Assembly: GCA_977020255.1 (NCBI GenBank)
Contig: CDROCS010005705.1
Coordinates: 1-64,000, forward strand
DNA: 64,000 nt
Direction: 5' to 3'
Source: Obrimoposthia wandeli
Taxonomy: Eukaryota
Positions 37,262 to 47,438 of this stretch are shown piece by piece. Each line of letters opens with the position of its first letter. Positions within the stretch are counted from its first letter, which is position 1. The notes under the pieces were generated by a model. It saw nothing but the letters and a program-made list of their open reading frames with translations. It was not told where the DNA came from and did no database searches. A program made the translations under genes and the position numbers.

Positions 37262-39700
37262 ATGAAAAGAAGTACAGATGTTCTCGTCATAGGGGGTGGA
37301 ATTGCCGGTGTGAGTACCTTGTATCACTTAACGCAGATGGGCTACACCAATGTTATGCTCACCGAAAAACTTGAACTAACCTCTGGCTCTACTTGGCACG
37401 CTGCAGGCAACTTGCCGCATTTTAGTAATAGTTACAACATTATGAAGTTGCAACAGTTCAGCATAAGTTTATATGCACAGTTACAGCAAGAAATGGAATT
37501 TGGTGTCTCGCACCATCAAACAGGTGCGGTGCGTCTTGCCCATACAGAAGAGCGAATGGATGAGTTTAAACGCGTAGTTGCTATGGGTGAACTTGCAGGG
37601 CTGCGTTTGGAAATGATCAGTTTAGAAAGGCTGCAACAGTTGTATCCGCACCTCAATATTGACGGTTTATTAGGTGCTATGTGGGATCCTGATGATGGTC
37701 ATATAGATCCTACAAGTGTAACTCAGGCAATGGCCAAAAAAGCTCGTGATGCTGGAGCCACTATTTTACGTCAAAACCCGGTTGAGAAAATAGAACAGCA
37801 AACTAATGGACGCTGGCTAGTGACAACTGAAAAGGGAGAAATTGATGCGGGAAAAGTAGTTAACGCGGCAGGGTTTCGGGCTAATGAAGTTGCCGCGATG
37901 GTAGGTCACCAACTGCCAATAGTATCGATGGAGCATCAATTTTTAGTGACAGATAATATCGCAGCTCTTGAAGAGCGTGATGAAATGTTACCTATGTTAC
38001 GTGACCCGGATGTTTCTTATTATTTGCGCCAAGAAGGTAAAGGCTTAATTTTAGGCCCTTATGAAAAAGGCGGTATTCCTTGGGCGGTTGATGGCGTGCC
38101 TGCAGCATTTGGCCAAGAGCTATTAGCGCCAGATATGGATCGAATTGAAGAAATTGTTTGTGAGGCGATGGAGCAAGTCGGTCTTATCGGCGAAGCCGGT
38201 ATTAAAACAGTGGTTAACGGGCCGATCACCTATACACCAGATGGACATCCGTTGATAGGCCCGGTGCAAGGCTACGATAACTACTATGTTTGTTCTGGTT
38301 TTAACTTTGGCATCGTACAAGGTGGAGGAGCAGGGCACTTCATGGCGCAGTGGATTGTTGATGGGGAGCCAGAGCTTGATTTATTCGAACTCGATCCGCG
38401 CCGTTTTGGTGGATATGCCGATCACGATTATACCCTCGCTAAAGCGATCGAGGTTTATGCTAACGAATATCAATTAGGTTTCGCTAATGAATACGCAATG
38501 CGTTGTGCAAAGCGTGATCGCAAAGTAAGCCCCGTTACTGAGCGGTTACGTCAGAAAAATGCAGTATTAGGTGCCTATTTTGGTTGGGAGCGTGCCAGTT
38601 GGTTTGCAAAACCTGGGCAGCGCGCAATTGAGCAGCATAGCTTTCGCCGCGGTAATTGGTTTGATGCCGTCGCTCAAGAGTGTCATGCAGTAATGAATAA
38701 CGCAGGGGTTATAGATTTATCACCCTTTACCAAGTTTGATGTAAAAGGGGCAGGTAGTTATGAGTGGTTAGAATCTTTTTCTCCTAATCAAACCCCTCAG
38801 CAAATAGGAGCCATAGCACTATCACATCCTATCAGCGAGCGAGGTGGTGTTGCTTGGGAGTTTTCGATCACTAAGTTGGCTGAAAATCACTATTACATGA
38901 TGGCGCCCGCAGCAGCTGAGCTCTTAATAGAAGACTGGTTGCGAGCACTTTTGCCAAAAGATGGCAGTGTGGAGTTAGCAAATATTACCCAAGATTACGG
39001 CACTTTAGTGATCGCAGGGCCTAAATCACGCCAAATATTAGCTGCGCTGACAGATGCGGCCTTAGATAACGATAACTTCCCTTGGTTTAGTGCTCAGCAA
39101 ATAGTCGTTGCCGGTGCGCCTGTACGTGCATTACGCATGAACTTTGTCGGCGAATTAGGCTGGGAGTTACACCATCCCATTGAGCATCAACTAGCGATTT
39201 ACGATGCATTAATGGATGCGGGGCAGCAATTAGGTCTTCGTGATTTTGGGCTGCGAGCCATGGATAGCCTTCGTTTAGAAAAAGGCTATCCGATGTGGGG
39301 TCATGACCTAAATCTTGAATTTACTCCCTTACAAGCCAATCTCAGCTTTTTCATTAAAGCAAAAGGGCGCAATTTCAGTGGTCAATCCATACTTAATACA
39401 CCATCTCCAGCGGACGATTATCGCTTAGTGCTGTTGCAGATTGATAGCAAAACAGTAGATGCCTGTAATGGAATGGAACCGGTGTATTACGACGGTGAAA
39501 TTGTAGGGCAAGTCACTTCAGGCGGCTATGGGCATCGTTGTCAAAAAAGCTTAGCGCTTGCGTACATTCAGCGCGATAAATTACACACAGATCCAGCTGA
39601 AGGAGGCCAATTACAGGTGAAAATCCTGGGTGATATATATCCTGCAACTTACATAAAAGGCTGCGCTTATGACAGCAAAAACACTTTACTAAAAGATTAA
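37262..39700 (+). CDS. GcvT-family FAD-dependent oxidoreductase (dimethylglycine/sarcosine dehydrogenase-like)
   Basis: GGGIAG, TSGSTWHAAG (His at the covalent-FAD position), NGPITYTPDG, and C-terminal folate-binding GcvT domain (GELGWELH, SLRLEKGY). Confidence 0.92.
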   Translation: MKRSTDVLVIGGGIAGVSTLYHLTQMGYTNVMLTEKLELTSGSTWHAAGNLPHFSNSYNIMKLQQFSISLYAQLQQEMEFGVSHHQTGAVRLAHTEERMDEFKRVVAMGELAGLRLEMISLERLQQLYPHLNIDGLLGAMWDPDDGHIDPTSVTQAMAKKARDAGATILRQNPVEKIEQQTNGRWLVTTEKGEIDAGKVVNAAGFRANEVAAMVGHQLPIVSMEHQFLVTDNIAALEERDEMLPMLRDPDVSYYLRQEGKGLILGPYEKGGIPWAVDGVPAAFGQELLAPDMDRIEEIVCEAMEQVGLIGEAGIKTVVNGPITYTPDGHPLIGPVQGYDNYYVCSGFNFGIVQGGGAGHFMAQWIVDGEPELDLFELDPRRFGGYADHDYTLAKAIEVYANEYQLGFANEYAMRCAKRDRKVSPVTERLRQKNAVLGAYFGWERASWFAKPGQRAIEQHSFRRGNWFDAVAQECHAVMNNAGVIDLSPFTKFDVKGAGSYEWLESFSPNQTPQQIGAIALSHPISERGGVAWEFSITKLAENHYYMMAPAAAELLIEDWLRALLPKDGSVELANITQDYGTLVIAGPKSRQILAALTDAALDNDNFPWFSAQQIVVAGAPVRALRMNFVGELGWELHHPIEHQLAIYDALMDAGQQLGLRDFGLRAMDSLRLEKGYPMWGHDLNLEFTPLQANLSFFIKAKGRNFSGQSILNTPSPADDYRLVLLQIDSKTVDACNGMEPVYYDGEIVGQVTSGGYGHRCQKSLALAYIQRDKLHTDPAEGGQLQVKILGDIYPATYIKGCAYDSKNTLLKD

Positions 39701-39709
39701 CTCCAGTTT

Positions 39710-39735
39710 GCCGGCCAATAAAGCCGGCTCTTTTT
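39710..39735 (+). terminator. Intrinsic terminator after the GcvT-family gene
   Basis: GCCGGC-7 nt-GCCGGC-TCTTTTT. Confidence 0.6.
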
Positions 39736-39915
39736 ATTAATAAACAAGAATTTTTATTAGAAAAATACTTGGTAAGCGGTCGTTTAAAAAGAGTAATGAA
39801 AGTAACAAAAATTTAGTACCTAGCATCAAACGCATAAAATAATGTCCATTTTTAAGAGTAACCCATAGCAACAATAACAATAAATCAGGCAATAAATGCC
39901 TTATGAGGAGCTAGC

Positions 39916-40920
39916 ATGAAACACTTAAATACCAACAAGATACAAAATACATTAGCGGCAGCATTGATCAGTGGCGCTGCATTAATCAGTACGCCAGCAC
40001 TGGCAATCGATCAAATTACCGTTGCGTATTTCCTGGAGTGGCCAACGCCAAATTTGTATGGCAAAAGCACGGGTGCTTATGAAAAGGCGATGGGCGTTAA
40101 AATAAAATGGGTCTCTTTTGATTCAGGTACTGCAATGTCTGCAGCAATGGCATCAGGGGATGTACATCTAGCTTTCTCACAGGGGATTCCACCGTTTGTA
40201 GTGGCTACATCAGCAGGGCAAGACTTACAAATTGTCGATGTGGCGGTTGCATACTCTGACAATGACAACTGTGTGGTCCGCGAAGATTTAGAAATTGATA
40301 AAAACAACGCCAAGGAGCTTGCTGGTAAAGAAGTGGGAGTGCCAATCGGTACCGCTGCACATTATGGTTTCCTAAAGCAAATGGCGCATTTTGGTGTTGA
40401 TACTAAAGACATGAAAGTTGTTGATATGGCGCCAGCAGATGGCGCTGCAGCTTTTGCTAACGGCAGTTTAGACATGGTGTGTGGCTGGGGCGGTGCATTG
40501 GCTAGGATGAAAGAACATGGCAATGTGTTACTCACCGGTAGCGAGAAAGAAGCGCTGGGCATCAAAGTTTTTGATGCGACAGTCACACCCAGCGCATTTG
40601 GTGAAGAATATCCAGAACTTGTCAGCAAGTTTGTGGGGGTAAGTGCGCAAATGAATAGCCAGTATAAAGCTGATCACAGCAAGATGTTACCTGTTATAGC
40701 TAAAGCTGCAGGGATGTCTGAGAAGTCAGCTTTAGCGAGCTTGAATGCTTTTTCGTTTCCAACGCGCGATGAACAATTGAGTGAGCAATGGTTTGCAGGG
40801 GGGCTACAAAATTATTTAAAGCAAGTTGCTGATTTCTTTGTTGTGCAAGGGACATTGAAAAAAGCATTAGTGAACTACGACGATGCGGTTAATATTTCTT
40901 ACCTTAAAGCAGCTAAATAG
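39916..40920 (+). CDS. tauA: Taurine-type ABC substrate-binding protein (Roseobacter-like TauA)
   Basis: ITVAYFLEWP, FDSGTAMSAAMASGD, SQGIPPFVVATSAGQD, DNDNCVV, GTAAHYG. Confidence 0.8.
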   Translation: MKHLNTNKIQNTLAAALISGAALISTPALAIDQITVAYFLEWPTPNLYGKSTGAYEKAMGVKIKWVSFDSGTAMSAAMASGDVHLAFSQGIPPFVVATSAGQDLQIVDVAVAYSDNDNCVVREDLEIDKNNAKELAGKEVGVPIGTAAHYGFLKQMAHFGVDTKDMKVVDMAPADGAAAFANGSLDMVCGWGGALARMKEHGNVLLTGSEKEALGIKVFDATVTPSAFGEEYPELVSKFVGVSAQMNSQYKADHSKMLPVIAKAAGMSEKSALASLNAFSFPTRDEQLSEQWFAGGLQNYLKQVADFFVVQGTLKKALVNYDDAVNISYLKAAK

Positions 40921-40985
40921 CAGATTGAAAAATGCAAAGTGTGCAATAGCACACTTTTTCAATTTCAATAGGTTAAGGAGGCTGC

Positions 40986-41792
40986 ATGGCAGGATTAACA
41001 ATTAAAGATATCAGCATGACTTTTGCATTGCCTGGCGGCGAAAAAGTAGAAGCACTTAAAGATATAAATCTAAGCTTGGAGCAAGGCGAACTATTATCGG
41101 TATTAGGTCCATCTGGCTGCGGTAAAAGTACTTTGCTTAATATATTAGCCGGTTTTTTGGCAGCGACAGCGGGTGCCGTCAATGTGATTGATGATCAAGG
41201 AAATACGCACGAGGTTCATGGGCCCAGCAGTGAACGTGGAATGGTATTCCAGCAAGGTGCACTATTTGAATGGATGAATGTGCGTGAAAACATAGGTTTT
41301 GGCCCTCGGATGAAAAGCACCCCCACAACAGAAATCGCCAGAAGTGTAGATCAGTTGCTGCAAATAGTAGGGCTTAAAGACTTTGGCGATAAAATGGTTT
41401 ATGAGTTATCGGGGGGGATGCAGCAACGCGTCGCCTTAGCTCGCTGCCTTGCTAACGATCCACAAATCATCTTAATGGATGAGCCGTTAGGGGCGCTGGA
41501 TGCACTGACTAGAGAAAAAATGCAAAGCTTAGTGTTAGATATTTGGAAGAAGACGGGTAAAACAATTATTTTAATAACCCACTCTGTGGAAGAGGCATTG
41601 TTATTAGGTGAACGTCTGATTGTAATGGCACCAAGGCCTGGGCGTATTCATCGTGAATACCGTTTGCCTTTTGCAGAGATGGGGGTTGGCCAAGATTTAC
41701 GAGAAGTAAAAAAGCATCCAGATTTTGCCAGTAAACGTGAAGAAATTCTGAATATGATTTGGAATATGGAAGAGGAAATCATGGGCGGGTAA
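40986..41792 (+). CDS. tauB: Taurine-type ABC ATPase
   Basis: GPSGCGKS, LSGGMQQRV, LMDEPLGALDALTRE, THSVEEA. Confidence 0.85.
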   Translation: MAGLTIKDISMTFALPGGEKVEALKDINLSLEQGELLSVLGPSGCGKSTLLNILAGFLAATAGAVNVIDDQGNTHEVHGPSSERGMVFQQGALFEWMNVRENIGFGPRMKSTPTTEIARSVDQLLQIVGLKDFGDKMVYELSGGMQQRVALARCLANDPQIILMDEPLGALDALTREKMQSLVLDIWKKTGKTIILITHSVEEALLLGERLIVMAPRPGRIHREYRLPFAEMGVGQDLREVKKHPDFASKREEILNMIWNMEEEIMGG

Positions 41793-41855
41793 GCTAGCAA
41801 ACAAGCTTTATACATACTTCAAATGTACTAAATAAGTCTGTTAAGGAGACTTAAT

Positions 41856-43175
41856 ATGTGGCAAGAACTAATGGCACTAGCGACAGACACATTTTCACTA
41901 ATGGTCGGCATCGCACTGATTTTAGGAATTTATACTTTAATCAGCACACTGTGTTTTGTACTGTATAAGCAAGTGCAAAAAATGCAGCTAAAAAACACCG
42001 ATTACACTAGCTTAAAAACGGTTACTTTTGGTGATGAGAGCGCGGTGAGCGCAAACCGAGTAGCTTCAATAGGCGGCGTGATATCACTATTCATTATTTG
42101 GGGCGCTTTCACCGGTTCTAGTTGGGTGCCCTTGCACGTTAGTGCGCCTTTTAAAGGGGCGACTAGCTTTAGTTATAGTGTGGTTAATAGTGTGGGAGAC
42201 ACAGCCAGTGCGCAAGCCTTGGTTGTTGTAGGAGAAGTAGATCCATCAGCGTTGCCAAATATAGTGGCTGCTACAGGTTTTGCAAAAAATGATGTCTTTA
42301 CTCAACGTAGTGGGCGCACCCGTTTAATAAAAGTGCAAAAAAATGATGAAGGCGGACGTGAGCCTGGATACCGGGTAACAGCCATCAACGGGCAGCCGAT
42401 TAAAGGTGGTGATGTTTTGGCCGTCGATAACGGCACAGTGCGAATGACAACCAAAGGCAGCTTATCTTTTAGCCCTGATAAAGGCTTGCAAATGGAAGCT
42501 ATTTGGTTGCCGCCGCCAGAAGCTGTGGTTGATAAAATTATTACCATCAGCCGTGATGGTTATCAAAATGTTAGCCTTGGGCAGAACTTAGGTTGGTCCT
42601 TAATGCGCGTAGTATTAGGCTTCTTATTGGGATGCTTATTTGGTATTCCTTTAGGTTTTGCAATGGGGCTCAATGGTTGGATGCGAGGCTGGTTTGATCC
42701 TATTGTCGAGTTCATGCGTCCCGTGCCTCCGCTGGCATTAATTCCGCTCATTATTATTTGGTTCGGGATTTGGGAGCAAGGAAAAATCAGCTTACTATTT
42801 TTAGCTTCACTGTGGATTATGACGATTGCAGCACGATCAGGTGTTTCAGGTGTCAGCATCAGTAAAGTGCATGCGGCGTACTCTTTAGGTGCATCTAAAT
42901 TCCAAGTGTTGATGAAAGTGATTTTACCTAACTCGCTACCTGAAATATTTACTGGAGCGAGAGTGGCAATGGGTGTGTGTTGGGGCACGGTAGTGGCAGC
43001 TGAGTTAGTGGCGGCTGAAAAAGGTGCAGGCAAAATGATTATTGCAGCTTCTAAGTTTCAGCAAACCGATATAGTTATCATGGGTATTATTTTGATTGGC
43101 GTTATTGGCTATGGCATTGAAATGCTGATGCGTAAAGCAGAAGTTAAGTTGATTCCATGGAAGGGTAAAAATTAA
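41856..43175 (+). CDS. tauC: Taurine-type ABC permease with N-terminal extension and Ig-like insert
   Basis: C-terminal SsuC/TauC domain (WLPPPEAV, RPVPPLALIPL, AAYSLGAS, VAAELVAA). At 439 aa it is much longer than a typical TauC. Confidence 0.82.
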   Translation: MWQELMALATDTFSLMVGIALILGIYTLISTLCFVLYKQVQKMQLKNTDYTSLKTVTFGDESAVSANRVASIGGVISLFIIWGAFTGSSWVPLHVSAPFKGATSFSYSVVNSVGDTASAQALVVVGEVDPSALPNIVAATGFAKNDVFTQRSGRTRLIKVQKNDEGGREPGYRVTAINGQPIKGGDVLAVDNGTVRMTTKGSLSFSPDKGLQMEAIWLPPPEAVVDKIITISRDGYQNVSLGQNLGWSLMRVVLGFLLGCLFGIPLGFAMGLNGWMRGWFDPIVEFMRPVPPLALIPLIIIWFGIWEQGKISLLFLASLWIMTIAARSGVSGVSISKVHAAYSLGASKFQVLMKVILPNSLPEIFTGARVAMGVCWGTVVAAELVAAEKGAGKMIIAASKFQQTDIVIMGIILIGVIGYGIEMLMRKAEVKLIPWKGKN

Positions 43176-43192
43176 TGATGGTTGTGTAGCTT

Positions 43193-43349
43193 AGATCATT
43201 GCTGTCCGGTTAAAAAGTGCAAGCTCTTTACTCATTAATTTGTGATTTGCTAGGTAGGTAATTAGATTTTTTAGCCAAACAACCTTTGTAGTTAACGTGA
43301 AATCAATGAGTTAAAGAACAACAAAAATTAAACCGGACATATATGAGCT
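43193..43349. mobile_element. About 157-bp MITE-like element (family C) with long imperfect TIRs
   Basis: TGTCCGGTT (43203) / AACCGGACA (43331), and CTTTACTCATTAATTT vs AAATCAATGAGTTAAAG. The left end is repeated at 17101-17160. Confidence 0.65.
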
Positions 43350-43442
43350 TAGATGATGCTAATTCACATTTTTAAACATTAAGGAGTAATTACTTGCTCC
43401 TTATATGTTGAAACCAGCAGTTGCGAATTTCTTGTGGTGTGA

Positions 43443-43829
43443 CTAAAACCAAAGTTGTATCGCTGCGCCAATCGCGCCGCCAATCGCCAAAATGATAGCG
43501 GCAAAAAAGCTAAACATAAAACCGAGTGCTCGTGATTTTGGATCAGTCACATATTGCTTTAAATATACTAGGCGCGCGAGTAAGAAAACCACACCGAGCG
43601 CTGCAGCATATTGTGCGTCGACATAATGAGTGAAGATAATAATACTGGGAATAAAGATAACAAGCAGTTCTAAGGTGTTTTGTTGTACGCGATAAAAGCG
43701 CTCAAAAATAGGGTGGCCTGAAACGGCTGGTGCATCTACTTGGTATTTGTTACGGGCCCACCCAACCAGCATACTAAATAACGTATATTCGAGTAACGCT
43801 AATACTATAATGATAGAAGCAAGTGCCAT
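43443..43829 (-). CDS. MAPEG-family membrane protein
   Basis: VGWARNKYQVDAPAVSGHPIFERFYRVQQNTLE. Confidence 0.9.
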   Translation of the reverse strand: MALASIIIVLALLEYTLFSMLVGWARNKYQVDAPAVSGHPIFERFYRVQQNTLELLVIFIPSIIIFTHYVDAQYAAALGVVFLLARLVYLKQYVTDPKSRALGFMFSFFAAIILAIGGAIGAAIQLWF

Positions 43830-44036
43830 GGTTTAATCCTTATGTTTTAAATGGTAGCGATGACTTTGGACATGTCGGTCGTTGGCAAATCAAGCGCAAG
43901 ATTTATCTCCCCTAATAGATAATTAGGGGATATCTACATTTGTCCAACATCAGCTTCATAAGCATTATATTAGTAAATGGTACTTGGTCGATAATTATTA
44001 ATTTACCTGCAACCTGCAACCTGCAACCACTGCCTA

Positions 44037-44864
44037 TCAACTGCGTAAATGCTGTTGGAAAAATTCAAGAGTACGCTGCCAAGCCAATGCCGCGTCTTGT
44101 TCGTCGTACCTCGCGCTAGTTGGGTTAGCAAACGCATGATTTGCTTCATACCAATGAATCTGCGCGACTGCTTTTGAACCAGAATCTTGTAGAGCTTGTG
44201 AGAATTTATCGAGCATTGGCTTGTTAATCCATTGATCTTGGGTGCCAAAATGACCAAGCAATGGACTCTGTAGTTTTTTAAGCTGCGCTGCGCTCTTGTT
44301 CATATCGCCGTAATAAACCACAGTCGCATCAATGTTTGCTGCAAGGCTTGCATTTAAAGACCAACCGCCGCCAAAGCACCAGCCAATAGTGCCGACCTTA
44401 GTCGCTTTATGATTATCTCTTAAATAACTTACCCATGCTTGCAAGGTTTCAGTCGCATGAGTCGCATTCACCGCACCCATTAAAGATTTTGCTTGATCAG
44501 CGGTTGTTGCAACGCCGCCTTGGTAAAGATCTACAGCAAGTGCAATATAGCCTTGTTTGGCAAATTCTTGAGCAACACTTTTTATCTGGTCATTAAGTCC
44601 CCACCATTCATGAATAAGTAACACTGCGGGTGCATTAGTTGGGTTTTCTGGCAGCGCTAGTGCTGCCATTAAGCGCTCACCTGTTTCACTAGTGATATGT
44701 ACCGTCTCTAGTTTTTCAGCTGCGGCCATTGCCAATCCAGGTACCCCTAATACAGTCGCTAAGGGTAAGCTGATTAATCCTTTTAGAAATAAACGGCGCT
44801 GTTCTTCAGATAGTTCAATGGCTGGTAAATTCTTATTAGGTCCACAAGTTAAATCATCACACAT
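44037..44864 (-). CDS. Dienelactone hydrolase family protein with Tat-like signal
   Basis: RRLFLK, HEWWGLN, GWCFGG, YEANHAFANP. Confidence 0.9.
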   Translation of the reverse strand: MCDDLTCGPNKNLPAIELSEEQRRLFLKGLISLPLATVLGVPGLAMAAAEKLETVHITSETGERLMAALALPENPTNAPAVLLIHEWWGLNDQIKSVAQEFAKQGYIALAVDLYQGGVATTADQAKSLMGAVNATHATETLQAWVSYLRDNHKATKVGTIGWCFGGGWSLNASLAANIDATVVYYGDMNKSAAQLKKLQSPLLGHFGTQDQWINKPMLDKFSQALQDSGSKAVAQIHWYEANHAFANPTSARYDEQDAALAWQRTLEFFQQHLRS

Positions 44865-44936
44865 AGCGAGCTCCTTAAGATAATCATTTATATAGGCAAT
44901 AATCTGACCACAGCATCGTTAAAAAGTTGAGTCTGA

Positions 44937-45836
44937 TTAAGCAGTATCAGTGTTTAGTTGCTGCCAAAATAGCTTTGCAGGAATCGATTGCGAGTATTTT
45001 AAGCGATATAAACTGATTTTCAGATCAATGCTGGGTAAATGATCTGCTATTGGTACCAGTTGCTGAGCCCTTAACTCTTGAGTAATAATACTGCGGGGCA
45101 GATAGGCGATACCTTTACCTTTTAGCACTAGTGCTTTAAGTGCTTCAGACAGAGAGCTCTGGTAACAGTGTTTAATGGTAATGCTTGTGTCAAGCTTTGC
45201 TAAGCAACGCGTCGCCACTAATTGACCAAAGAAAGATTCTGGAGTGTGGCTTAACATCTGCAAGGGTTGCCCAGCGCTGACGGTGAACATTGCCTCGCCT
45301 TGATTATCAGCTGCACAAACAGCAATTAGCTCGTCAACGCCTACTTGTAAGCTTTCAATTTCATCCGCTTGTAGTTGCTTATAAATACTTTGCGAATCAT
45401 AGCAAAGTAAAAAATCACTGCTTCCTCCTAGAAAAGTTTCTACTGCTTCATGTAAATCAACAGTATTCATCCTGACTAAAGTCTCTGCTAAAATGGCATC
45501 AAAATCTTCAATCCAGGCGGGAAAGAAAGCGACTGCTAGTGATTGCTGAGAACTAAGGGTGATCACGTTAGGTTGATGATGCATGCTTCTTAGTTGCTCA
45601 CGGCACAATAAAATTGAATCAGTGAGAGATTTAGCTCGTTCAACAAACGCATCGCCAGCCGGTGTTAAAACCAGTGGATATTGATTGCGTTCTACTAAAT
45701 TTATGCCCATCCAAGCTTCTAAAGAACGAATTCGACGACTAAATGCAGGTTGAGTGACAAAGCGCGTCGCTGCAGCTTTAGAAAAAGATCCTTGTTCTAC
45801 TAGTGCTATATAGTCTTTTAACCACTTTAGTTCCAA
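44937..45836 (-). CDS. LysR regulator (YjiE/HypT-like subfamily)
   Basis: MELKWLKDYIAL..SFSKAAATRFVTQPAFSRRIRSLE; divergent from the HpsN-like gene. Confidence 0.92.
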   Translation of the reverse strand: MELKWLKDYIALVEQGSFSKAAATRFVTQPAFSRRIRSLEAWMGINLVERNQYPLVLTPAGDAFVERAKSLTDSILLCREQLRSMHHQPNVITLSSQQSLAVAFFPAWIEDFDAILAETLVRMNTVDLHEAVETFLGGSSDFLLCYDSQSIYKQLQADEIESLQVGVDELIAVCAADNQGEAMFTVSAGQPLQMLSHTPESFFGQLVATRCLAKLDTSITIKHCYQSSLSEALKALVLKGKGIAYLPRSIITQELRAQQLVPIADHLPSIDLKISLYRLKYSQSIPAKLFWQQLNTDTA

Positions 45837-46089
45837 CAGCTTATTCCTTATAGAGTGATTTTCATTAGCAGCGAAAGATTGTCCACGTAAAGTTAATAAT
45901 AACAGTTTGGTGATGCCTGTCTAATGATGAAAGATTAGCGTTAAAACAGTACTCAAAGCTAATACCGAAAAGTAACTAGTCATATAAAAAAAGGCATTTG
46001 TGATTTTAGTCCAACGGTGGTTAGATAATAAGAATAAAAGCGCTTGCCAACAAGCTATTCAACTCATTTAAATACAAGAAGAAGCTATC

Positions 46090-47397
46090 ATGCAATATAT
46101 AAAAAAATCTACTGCAGCTGTCGCCGCTAGCGACGCTCAAATAGAAGACAGCGTTAAAACAATGCTGGAGCATATTGAACAAAATGGAGAGGAAGCAGTA
46201 AGAGAATACGCGGCTAAATTCGATAACTGGGTAGGCGATTTTGTCTTAAGTGATGAAAAGCGCGCAGCGTTAATAGCCCAAGTGCCAGAACAAACCAAAC
46301 GTGATATTCAATTTACTTATAAGCAAGTAACAGAGTTTGCCCGCGCACAATTAGCGAGCTTAAACGAATTTGAAATCACCACAGATTCTGGTGCCGTTCT
46401 AGGGCAGAAAATTATCCCGTTAAACTGCGCGGGTTGTTATGTGCCAGGAGGACGCTACTCTCACGCGGCTTCTGCCATTATGAGTATCGCCACTGCGAAA
46501 GTAGCGGGTGTAGAAAAAATTATTGCGTGCTCTCCTCCTAAGGGAGATAGTATCCATCCGGCAATTGTCTATGCGATGGATTTAGCTGGCGCTGATATCA
46601 TTATGGAAATGGGCGGTGTTCACGCAGTTGCCAGTATGGCTAAGGGCCTATTTTGCGGTGTTAAAGCTGATATTCTAGTAGGACCGGGTAATGGTTATGT
46701 AGCGCAAGCGAAGCGTCTTTTGTTTGGCGAAGTCGGCATTGATGTCTTTGCAGGGCCAACTGAATCAGCCATTATCGCCGATCACACTGCTGATCCAATG
46801 ACGATCGCCGTTGATTTAGTTTCACAAGCAGAGCATGGCGTTGATTCACCTGTCTGGTTGTTCACAACAGATAAAGCACTCGGTGAAAAAGTTGCCCAGC
46901 TTATGCCACAAGTCGCAGCTGATATGCCAAATGCAGAGATAGTTCAGCAAGCATGGGCTGATCATGGTGAAATTATTTACTGTGAAACGCGTGAAGCGTT
47001 AGCCCAAGTCAGTGATCAATATGCTAGCGAGCATTTACAAATCATTACCGAAGATACTCAGTGGTGGCTTGATAATTTGAAAAACTACGGCTCACTCTTC
47101 TTGGGAGAAGGCGCAACAGTAACACATGGTGATAAGTGCTCGGGCACTAACCATATTCTGCCGACTAAAAAAGTAGCCCGTTACAGCGGTGGATTGAATG
47201 TACATAAGTTCTTGAAGATCCTGACTTACCAAGAAATTAGTGAGCAAGCAAACCTAGAATACAGTGCAATAGGTTCACGTATTTCAAGAGCTGAAGGAAT
47301 GGAAGGGCACGCGCGTGCATGTGATTGGCGTCTGCGTAAGTATTTCCCAGAAACGCAATGGGACTTCGAAGTTTATGATCAAAAGCGCTACGATTAA
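46090..47397 (+). CDS. HisD-fold NAD+/Zn dehydrogenase, HpsN (sulfopropanediol 3-dehydrogenase)-like paralogue
   Basis: GCYVPGGRYSH, GPGN, SQAEH, SEHL, GDKCSGTNHILPT, EGMEGHAR..RLRKYFP. The pattern is HpsN-like rather than HisD-like, and there is no his-operon context. Confidence 0.85.
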   Translation: MQYIKKSTAAVAASDAQIEDSVKTMLEHIEQNGEEAVREYAAKFDNWVGDFVLSDEKRAALIAQVPEQTKRDIQFTYKQVTEFARAQLASLNEFEITTDSGAVLGQKIIPLNCAGCYVPGGRYSHAASAIMSIATAKVAGVEKIIACSPPKGDSIHPAIVYAMDLAGADIIMEMGGVHAVASMAKGLFCGVKADILVGPGNGYVAQAKRLLFGEVGIDVFAGPTESAIIADHTADPMTIAVDLVSQAEHGVDSPVWLFTTDKALGEKVAQLMPQVAADMPNAEIVQQAWADHGEIIYCETREALAQVSDQYASEHLQIITEDTQWWLDNLKNYGSLFLGEGATVTHGDKCSGTNHILPTKKVARYSGGLNVHKFLKILTYQEISEQANLEYSAIGSRISRAEGMEGHARACDWRLRKYFPETQWDFEVYDQKRYD

Positions 47398-47438
47398 TCG
47401 ATATAATTGGCCGTTAGCCACATAAAAAGAGATTACCA

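Noticed and set aside
46090-47397. Annotation as housekeeping hisD
   Set aside because: It is LysR-linked, has no his genes nearby, and its motifs (GRYSH, GDK, EGMEGH, RLxKYFP) are HpsN-like.
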